From the NCBI RefSeq assembly GCF_018977255.1, contig NW_024704761.1, positions 1,240,001 to 1,304,000 of the forward strand: a stretch of DNA of 64,000 nucleotides, written 5' to 3'. The notes under the pieces are model-generated. The model was not told where the DNA came from, did no database searches, and was given only the letters and a program-made list of their open reading frames with translations. Position 1 is the stretch's first letter; the number at the start of each line of letters is the position of its first letter. The position numbers were made by a program, and so were the translations under genes. Source of the DNA: Callorhinchus milii (taxonomy: Eukaryota). Below are positions 53,901-64,000 of the stretch, piece after piece.

Positions 53901-56900
53901 TGAAAACACACAGTGTGAAGTGTGGTCGATTATGAGATTTCTTTATATGGACTTGGGGGTCACAAATGGGGATTCCTCCAAGTAACCAGAAATGTACTGT
54001 ATTGACCCAAAGGAACAGTAAATCTTCTCTAAACCAAATCTACTTTCACAAGTTCTTGATCTTGCTGTGAAGTGTTTGCGGTTACTAGAAGGAATCCCAT
54101 TTGTGACTTGTTTGAGTGATAGTGAGAAACCTTGTTATGTATGGCCTCCAATTTAGTCCCTGTTCTCTATATTGCCAAGGTTGACAACACACCTCTACAA
54201 TGAAAGGAACAGGTCTACAATAATTTATTATTATTATTATTATTGTATCATTAAGTATACCTGTTTTCAGTAACAAAAAGATTAACTCACCAAATCGCCA
54301 CTGGGAATTTCAGCGCTGGCCGAGTAATCTTCGATGCGGATATTTGCATGAAATATATGCCTTTAGTTAGAGGCGACTGCACTCACTGAAAGTTTTAGAA
54401 GCAGTAATTGCTGCTGCAGTGGTTGGGACTCTGACTCGTACCTGGTTTGTTCTTCCTCCGAAGCGCAAGTCGGGTTGCCCGCCAGATTCACTTCCACTAG
54501 GTGGCAGCACCGAGCCAGAGATTTCTGGAAGGAAGGACCATAAATAACACGGATGTGATTAGATCTCACACTCCCCGGGATAAGCAATCTATGTTTTTGG
54601 GGAAAAAACCCAACAAAACAGACCCAGCCCCTGATAGAACTGTAGTTAAATCGACACAACAATCTAACTTCAGTCCCCAGGACTGACACTTCCAATTATC
54701 AGGCGATTCCGATCGTTTGATTCCTTTGTTGGGATAAAAAGGCAGCCCCGAAACTGCCAGAACTCGCCCGACTGAGCCAAGCAAGTGCGATAGGAGGAAC
54801 AGAACATGTGTGTAACAGGCAAAGCATGGTTCATTTTCATATTTATCTCATCACCTCCACGACTATCTTGCAGTATTGATTATTACCCCCAGTTCCACAA
54901 GGTTTCTTTCCACTAGCAATTCTTATGTTAAGCACAATAAAAATCCTTGCATTTGATGTAGGGCCTTATCACATCTTCGAGATGTCTCAAAGCGCTTCAC
55001 GGAATATGCTGTAAAGTAAATTGACTGTATACTTTGTGGGTGAAATGTTCTTATGTTCTTAAGGTGATTGATTTCCAAGGCGAGAGAACTGATATCCTTA
55101 GAATAGTGGAATTTCTCACCCTGCTTGTTCTGCACGGACAAAACAACATTGATACTCACCAGCTCCTCCCAGGAATGAATAGAGTTACTGACTAAACTGA
55201 GGACCTCCAGGACAGGAAACTGCTCAGCAAAGCTACAAACTGACACCAGTTGATTGCAGCCAAAGTTCAACTCCTGCAAGGAACTAAAGAAGCACCCGGA
55301 GTGTAGTTAAAAACTGAGACACAAAATCAGCAAGAAAATGTACATCTTCCATCAGGAAATAACAAGACAGCCATAAATGAGCAGTTTTCAATCTATGGAC
55401 TCATTATTAATAATAATCCTTGCAAATGCCATGGCACATCAAAATGTCTCAAAGCACTCGAGTTTTTTCTGTAAAGCGTAGTGACTATTCGTGAATGAAT
55501 ATGACAGTGAATTTATGCACAGCCCTCCAAAACACCCATGGAATATTTTACCTAACAAAGAAAATAAACATCAAATAATAATTCGTGCATTTGATAGAGC
55601 GCCTTACCACGTCTTTGAGACATCTCAAAGCGCTTCACAGGATAGACTGTAAAGTTAATTGACTGTATAGTTTGACGGTCTATGTAATCAAATGCTCTGA
55701 AATGAATCAGTATCAAAGTTTGGGGTTTAGGGGGAAGTGAAACTAATTTGCATCACATGTCGATACAACAACTTGCCTTTATTTAACGCCTTTCAAGTCA
55801 GGAGGACGTGCCAAGGACGGTGCTGGACATAGCACCAGCTGACATGTAACATTGTCAGCATCGGCAAGTGTGGCTCCATTATAATTCACTCTCAAGGTCA
55901 GTGACTAAGGCAATTGTTATGTTGTTTTCGATGAACCAATAGCTAGAAAGGATGTGTTTAAATCCTATATGATTTACCAGCACCCAAAACGCAAACCAGT
56001 TTAAATAAAATGCAAACCCCAAAAAAGGATATTGCGATCCAAGTGACACTTGGCACTACTGTTGATGCCACTTCCCAGTAATAGCTTATGCAAATGCAAA
56101 TCTCTGATTAAAACAACTCTGGATTTACATAAAAGATTTATTTTAATCTGCAGGATTAATCATCATAGGATTAATCAATACATCATTGAGGACATCTGGT
56201 GCAAGGAATGGGCGTTACAGGGCAACCTGAAGATCGATGGTCAGCAGGAATGGAAGCCCGAAAAAAGTGCTCGAGAATCCTGACTGTCTGTTCTGCAGCA
56301 GGTAATTCAAGACAAGTCCAAAACCAGCGATGGGATTGGGCTTGCAACCAAAGCACAGGAAATCTAAATTTTATGTTTTATTTCCTTCAAATGCATATCT
56401 AAGTTCATATGTAAAGTTTTTTTTTGTGCCCACTAAAATTTATCATGGGATTTTAAGGGCACCCATTGAAGACAGAATTATTATTTTCTCGGTAATGTAA
56501 GAGGGAGGTAGATGAGGATTTGGTAGGCAGGGGTATCAATGGATGTGGTAAAGGGCAGGGAGTTCTTGGCCAGGGAGAAATTTGTCCTCCTCTTTTTGAA
56601 TGATGCAATGGGAATTCTTACGTCCACATTAACAGACAGACGGGACCTCAGTTTAATGTTCTTCCAAAGGAAGGCCTCCTAGCAGGATTGGCTGGATAAA
56701 TGATCAGGAGCTGGACCCCTGCCTGATTTTCCCCTCATTTGCAGCTCCCAATGCTGAGGATCAAACCTGTGACCTTCCAATCTGTAGGGTTTACTGCAAT
56801 CAGGCACTGGGTCATCAGTGGAGCCCATCTGGGTTTCTGATGCCATAATTTCTCATTCCGCTTTATACTAACTGGAGCTGTTGGAATCGATAATCAAGGC

Positions 56901-59900
56901 CAAATTGAAATATGATTTTCTTGAAAAATGTTTACAGAGATCAGGTTCTAAATTCGAATGCAACCTGCTTTGTTCAGACCGGATCACACAATTAACATAT
57001 TCAACCCAGAGCCACATTCATTTCAGGTTTTACAAGTTCTCTGCCGACCCACTTGGCGATACGGAAATGGTGTCTCTCACCTCAGCAGGTGGAGAAGTCC
57101 GACTTGAGTCTTAAATTTAAATAACCAGCTTCCTAGGAGAATTCAGGATCCGAGCAAAACAACTTGCCTTATTGCTGAGGAAGCTGGCAACAGGTCACCA
57201 AGTTTGTTTTCATCTTAAAATCTTTTAAATTTACAGGTTTTTTTTAACGTCAACAGCAGAAGTTTGTTCGAAGAGAAGTACGTGAAACTGCAAAGCTGCT
57301 TATATTCTTTGAGATGCAAGCTCTCTTTGCTGCATGCACTTTATTAACTTCTTTCTTTCCCACCCCTTCAGTAAATGATAAGCACTGACTAAGCTGCAGT
57401 TAGGGTGCAGATCCTCACTTAACTGGATGTGCTCTGGCACTTGAGCTACATGGCTATTCATCACTATAGATGAGCAAATCCAATTGGAAACCCTCATTGT
57501 GGACCAGTATTCAGGACTCGGGCTGTCTACCCGGCTCCTGCCCCTACCCTCCCTGCCCTCCACCCTTCCTGATCCCAACCCCCTGCTCAGGTCCAAATCC
57601 CTGCTGTCCAGCGTATTGAGAAGTCCTCCCGACGTGAAAGGCACTCTCCAAAAGTGTGTGTTGTTGTCCACTGGAACAGGTCACATAGCGCAGGAATACT
57701 CAAATGGAGAAATTGTGAAAAATCGTGCTGGCCAGAGTTTAAGCGGGAAGTGTTGCACAACAGAATTTCGAGGCTTTGTTTTACTACTTTATTCCCTTTC
57801 TCTCAGTAAGGCACCAATTCTTGCTGAGCGATGGTCCCATTGGCCATGTCTCCCATCTGGTACCTCAACCAAGCATTCACTCTTCACTCGTGAGCCTTGA
57901 TAGTGAGCAAAACTGTCAACATAGTATTCCATCACAGTTGAATCCCATCCTGTCCTCGCTCATACCCACGCATGCACTTTCCGTTGGAGGTCACTGGAGA
58001 GCCATCAGAAGTGGGAGACACTGGCAGATTTTCCCTTCCTCCCTAATCCAGAGAGTGCTGAGACTAATTTATAGTAACGCTTCCCAGAACCAACCAACTG
58101 ACTCGTCTCCGAACAGGAATCGAGCCTGAAACCTTCCGATCTGTATGGTTCAGTGCAAAACAAGAAAGTGTGTTTCCCTATTAGGTCATCAACGATATTC
58201 CCAGAACTTTAAGTAAGGATAACTTTTTTTTATATCCCTTCAAAAAAAATACTAATAATAATGTGGTCACTCAATCCACGACTGTCTGTGGGACACTGCT
58301 ATGAGCAATTGGCTGACGCATTTCACCCACAAAGTACAGTCAGTTCACTTTACAGTATATTCTGTGAAGAGCTTTGAGTTGTCCAGAAGACGTGATAAGG
58401 CACTATATCAAATGCAAGGATTATTATAATTATTATATTGAGTTTCTGCGATGTCATCATACTGCACAGCATGAAATGAGTTAAAGAGTTTCATGTCATT
58501 GAGTGCATTGTACAATGTGCTGGTAGGGGGGAGGAAGTCAGAAGGTTGTGTAATATTCTCACAAGCCAGAAAAGATGACAAAAAGGGAGGAAAATGTTTT
58601 GGAAAAAGGAAGGAAAAAAAATTATATTTTTCCAACGACACCTCTAACCTCTACAAACTGCTGGAGTCTCGGAAAGACAAAATGATTTATTATCCTCCAA
58701 CGCACCATCTGGTCACCATGCAAATGAGGAAGATTAGTATTTATAAAGAAGGGAATTAATTTTTTGTAGCGGGCTATCAGTGTCAAGATTTTTCACTACG
58801 AACACAAAAACATCATGTATTATAGATGTCGAACCGCTGAAAAATGATCAACTCCATTAATTTTTAAAACCAGATTTGTTTTTTTATAATGGGGGTCAAA
58901 GGCGGGGGAGGAAGAGTTAAAGTCTAACTAAATTAACCATCGAATTTAGACTGAAAAGGATGGCGTGTGGACTAGACTCAATATATGTTTTAATTAATTA
59001 CCTTAATTCATGGCGTGCAACAATCTGATTCAAGTTTGTAGCTTGGCTAAGATGTTAACACTCAAACATAAAGTGGGCTGAAATGTTTCCACAGACTCAC
59101 CAAAGAGAGCCAAGGCTTTCTGTGCTGCTGAAAACATTTTCCGAGAGGTTAACAGTCTGAAATAAAAAAAAACAGCATTCAATCAGAAAGCACAATACGT
59201 GAAGAGTTAAAGCAAATGCCTGAGATACATCCATTTATTTTGTATTCCTTACTCACAGTTAAGCTTGTTAATAACGGCAGACCGTATATCTCAGATATCC
59301 TGTTATTGGACAAATCCAGTTCCTGTAACTAAAAGGAAAAGATTCATGAAAATTCACACTTATTTAGCTGGAATTAGACACCTGAATTTATTTGGCGAGG
59401 CCACGGGATAATATTTCTTTGATATGTTTGTCAGCCTGACTCAGCTGGTAGCACTTTCGTCTTCCGAGTCAGAAGGTTGCATGTTTAAGCCCCATGTCGG
59501 GACTTCAAACTCGTACAGTCCAGGCTGACACTCCAATGCAGAGCTGGGGATGTGTTGCAGGGTTAGAGGTTCTGTCCTTCAGCAACCTAGACTGCGAGCT
59601 CAAAGTCCCAATGTGGGATTTGAACCCGGAATCTTCTACCTCAGAATACTACAAACCGTACTAAATATGTTACGAAAGCATTCAAGATTCTGCACTCGAT
59701 AACAATGTGTACAATACAGAGTCAAAACAAATATTGATCAGGCGGACACCGACTCAGTTAGAAAAGGGAAATGACCCAGAATTCAGATTGAAGAATTTTG
59801 CGCAGAAAAGATGAATGTGTAGAAGATGCTATGAGAGGCAGTGGAGGCAGAGTTTGTCAGCAAACTCAAGAGGGCATTACATATATATTTCACAAAAAAA

Positions 59901-62900
59901 TTAATTAAGCGTATCAGAAAACATTTTGGGACTGGCCAGATGGTCTTTTGCACGCTGTACTATGTTTCTAAGTTTGCTTGGAAAAAGGCAATACTTGAAA
60001 ATCTTTTTGATAAACTAAAAGAAGCAGTTTCACGGTGCAGGTTTTTTAGTTTGTTTTAGTCGTGTACGACAGCCTTTCATCTACTATTTCTCTCTCTGTT
60101 GGAAAAAAAACATTCGAAAGAATTTCAAGGTTGAATAATAATCATTGCATTTGATTTAGCACCCAGCACATTGTCAAGACGTGACAAAGCGATTCACAGA
60201 AGTTACTGTGAAGTGCGGTGACTGTGACTTTGTACGCAAACATGGCAACTAATTTGTGCACAGCAATGTCCCACAAACAGCCATGAAGGGAATGACCAAT
60301 TATGAGGTGGGAATGGGGGGGGGATTGTTGGCCAAAACACCAGGAGAAACTCCCTTCTCTTTCAGAATCATGACAGACATGACCTCAGTTTAATGTCTCA
60401 ACCGAAGGACTGCAATAAAAGCTAAAGTGCCGGAAATATACAACAGGCCAATCAGCATTTGGGCAAGATGATTTAACTTCCCAGGTAAGATCCTTCATGC
60501 CACACTGTCGACTGCATATTTTTCTGTCCTGTGTAGTCTTTGTTATAAAAGTTGCCCGACTAACCTTTTCACATCGACTGAGATCAACAGCCCCGGACAG
60601 CTTGTTGTGAGATGCCATCAGCTCCTCCAGGCACGGCAACTCATTCACTGCCTGAACAAAGAGATGGCACACTTTTTATTGTTCTCAAGTTTCCATTCAT
60701 TGTAGCTTCGCATAAACATCAGGGCAGCTCATGCTATTGGGTTATACTCCACCATTTGACGGATTATCTCTTCCTTCCATCTTGATTCCATCAACGTCAA
60801 CATTGGAACGGCTATCATTCTCAATAGGAACACGTCTAACGAAAGGGAGCGACTCTCGCTTTAAACCCAGTAGCTATTGTGAAAAAGGGACCAGAGTCGT
60901 TTGGCGGCGAGAGGGCAGCGAGGGAGGGAATCAAGTTACCTGCACAATGGCTATATTGATCGGATTTGATTGATTCCGTACAAATTCACTGCAGCAAAAA
61001 CATGACAGTACTTTTCCAACCGGACAGGAATCGTGGCAGCGGCGCCTCCCGGTGTCGGAACAATGTTGTAACAATTCGAGAGAAAAATGTGAACTTTATC
61101 ACAACCGTAAGGTTTCTTTTTTCCCCCCCCACGTTTATTGACACCCCTAACCTGGCTGTGATCCGTCTTTCTTGTTCAAAATTTCCCAAACTCTCCACTT
61201 GCACCTTTCAGCAATTTCCTTAAGACCATAATCCTTAAACATTTGGGTGAAGAGCCAAGCGGGAAGTTTATAGCAGCGGGGAAAAAAAAGCTTCTTAGCA
61301 CCACTCTGGCAAGCCCCCGTTCCTTACAGCAGGTCAGGCAGCATCTACGGAAAGAGGAAAGTGAGTTAATTTTTTCGGGTCGATGGCCTTTTCTCCATAG
61401 ATGCCGCCTGACCTGCTGAGTGTTCCTAGCGACCTGTTTTTATTTCAGTATTTTGCCTTTGGCCAATCCTTACAGCGATGTCTGTCAGCTGGTTGTGGCT
61501 GATATCCAGATAAGTCAGTTTGGAGAGCCCTGAAAATTCCCGCGGTTCCACACGGACCAGCTGGTTACAGTCCAGTCGCAATCGCTGCAGATTTCGGAGT
61601 TTAAGCAGACCCTTTCCTGAAAGAAAGTAAGGAACAGTTAATAACTATCACCTTACATTTGATCTTATATTTGTGGTTAGAGCAATGGCCTTGCAAGCGA
61701 GAGGACCCAAGCTTGATTCCTGGGCAGGGCGAAACGTTGGGCAAGTTTCCTTACTCCACACATCTCTGATCACCTAGCAGCAAGTAGGAACCCAGTTGTT
61801 AGTCGATTCACGGATTGCTTTTCCGAGGATAATAACCCTTTCAAAATGAAAATAAAAAATAATTTGTTCACTCAATCCACGGCTGTTTGTGTGGACGCTG
61901 CTGTGCACAATTGGCTGCTGCGTTTCGCCCACAAAATATACAGTCAATTCACTTCACAGTATATTCTGTGAAACGCCTTGAAACATCTCAAAGACATAAT
62001 AAGGCGCTATTACAAATGCAAGGATTATTATTATACCAATTCATAGAATTACAGTTTGCAGCAGAAAAACGTAGAGTGAGGATGTGTGGATGAGTTTATT
62101 AATATATTGTTTTAGCATTGGAGATAGTGATGCAGAATTCTTGTTTGTTCTGCAGCAGTGGGATTGGTAGGTTAGATTCACTTTTCTCATTTACGCTTTT
62201 TTGATCAGTTTGTGCAATTTCATTTCCCACTCTTAAAACAGTTTAGTAAGACTCACTTACGCAGTCGTGAGATGCAATTATACTGCAACTGGAGGTTTTG
62301 GAGCTCTTGCAACCTATAATTAAAAGATAAATTATTACGTGATAACAATTAACAATCTCCAGTCCCACACATACACAATAAATAGCTCAAATTATTTACA
62401 AATATTTTTTTTAAAAATTGGTCAATTCATTCCACGACTGTTTGTGGGGACGCTGCTGTGCACTATTGGCTGCTTCGTTTCGCCCACAAAATATACAGTT
62501 AATTCACTTTACAGTATATTCTGTGAAGTGCTTTGAGACGTTTCAGACGTGATAAGGCACTGTATCAAATACAAGGATTATTATTATTATTACTTCACTG
62601 TACCAATTTATTCCCCTATACCAATTGCCTCTATATGAACTCTGCCACAGAGTTAGGCATATATAAAATGCACTACATCAAATGCAAGGATTATTAATAT
62701 TTATTATTATTAGTGGCTCACCTGTCTAGATTCTTGATTTCCCTGATCTTGTTATCATAGAGTTTGAGCTCTGTAATTCCACAATTATTCTCTAAACTCT
62801 CAATTTCTTCTATGAAATTACACGAGAAATCCAAAGTGTTCAATCCAGATAGCTGTAGCAAAATAAATTCCAGGTTTTTCAAATGTACTTCAACCCTTTC

Positions 62901-63693
62901 ACGAGACAGAAAATGGATTTGTTGTCTTAGATCACTTTACAGTGTATCCTGTCAAGCGCTTTGAGTCGTCTCAAAGATGTGATAAGGTGCTATATTAAAC
63001 GCAAGGATTATTATTATTATCAGTAATTGCTTCAGGTCTCCACTAAAGTAAGAAAGCACGTCAGATATGTGTAGGTCTACAGCCAATAGTAGATGTCCAC
63101 AAACACTTACCACATCGCTGAATTAATCCACCTTCAGCCTGACTATACAAAAGTAATAAACATTACATAGCAAACACTGAGGTAGAGGTGGGTTGGGAGG
63201 GGGCACAGGAGGGAAAAGGGTTAAGCAAACAGGCAAAACTGTATTTGCTTCCAAATGCACAGGGAATACTGATCTTTAATAGTTTTCTTCCCTGGGATTA
63301 GCAGGTCAATTAACTTCTTTCCTAGTCGATACTTTCCCACTATTTCTGCAAACCAGACTGATATCTGAAGTGTTTTTAGTGTGGATCTAATACTTAGCAA
63401 AGTTAACAAGAGTAATTGTTACAATAATAATTGAATAAATTGACCATGCATGTCCAACCTGGGACAAGGGCTGACCTGGGAAGCAATCTGAATCTCTCAA
63501 AGTACTCAAAAAATACAAGCTTTTCCGACGACTCAGAAACAGTTTCACCCAGTCACTTATTCAATTAAAGTAGCTTTAGGCAAAATACTGTTATTGAATG
63601 GCAAGCACGTACTCGCTTGAGCTTCTGTATCTTCTTCGTTCCTTTTCCATGCAATTCAATGGTATTGTCATTTAAACAGTCCGGTTCTGGAGC
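50438..63693 (-). CDS. SDS22-type leucine-rich-repeat protein with LRRcap; 5' end outside the window, last exon uncertain
   Basis: Phase-consistent GT-AG exons (minus): 63693-63613, 62852-62722, 62313-62261, 61616-61474, 60651-60565, 59328-59257, 59156-59101, 55283-55160, 54524-54442, 53863-53812, 53255-53186, 52984-52897, 51472-51411, 50507-50438. Repeats include [36 protein letters not shown] and [17 protein letters not shown]; the cap is [20 protein letters not shown] possible terminal exon lies in the frame ending at 49927. Confidence 0.88.
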
Positions 63694-64000
63694 CTTCAGA
63701 AAACAAAAATCTAGTTAAAATACGTTCAAAATTATCTACACAGTATAGTAGCGACGAATGGTCAGGCAGAAAGTAACTCCCAAGTTGCATTTAATACTCC
63801 TCCGATACTGAGTTTTCAACATTAAATGTGAAGATTTAAATACTAAAATAAGACCAAGCTCTGAAGTGAATGTTTCCCACTTATTAAGAGGAGTTAGTAC
63901 TGCTCAGCGGTGACCATTATCACCAAAGGTCTGACAATGCTGTTCATTCTTATCGCTGCAATCGAAGGCAACCATTAAGTGCGGTACACAGTAAAACTCG

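Noticed and set aside
63111-63138. 28-nt exon-like unit on minus (cag|GCTGAAGG..TGTG|gtaagt) in the LRR gene
   Set aside because: It would shift the frame, and the flanking exons join perfectly without it. It could still be a minor NMD exon, but nothing else supports that.

Overview
Vertebrate genomic DNA. The repeat content (Deu-domain tRNA-SINEs with (ATT)n tails, L2 and CR1 LINE ends, Penelope-type repeats) points to a cartilaginous fish, probably a holocephalan; this is an inference. Gene content from left to right: (1) three CHST12 (C4ST-2)-like Golgi sulfotransferase genes on +, each with a single coding exon, two of them in a near-identical 5.33-kb tandem duplication; (2) a complete six-coding-exon DHRS7C (SRP-35) on -; (3) head-to-head with it, across a CpG island, a complete 11-exon U2AF2 (U2AF65)-like gene on + that looks like a diverged paralog; (4) a 5'-incomplete multi-exon SDS22-type LRR + LRRcap gene on -. 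The most interesting signal is a ~5-kb island with no recognisable transposons across U2AF2-like introns 6-7. It holds a candidate poison exon behind a 209-nt AG-free zone, a candidate 18-nt in-frame microexon in RRM2 that becomes a poison exon if a downstream donor is used, and several more splice-site pairs that would introduce stops or frameshifts. Together these suggest an autoregulatory NMD/decoy-exon module. All exon boundaries were read by eye, and comparisons with human proteins are from memory.
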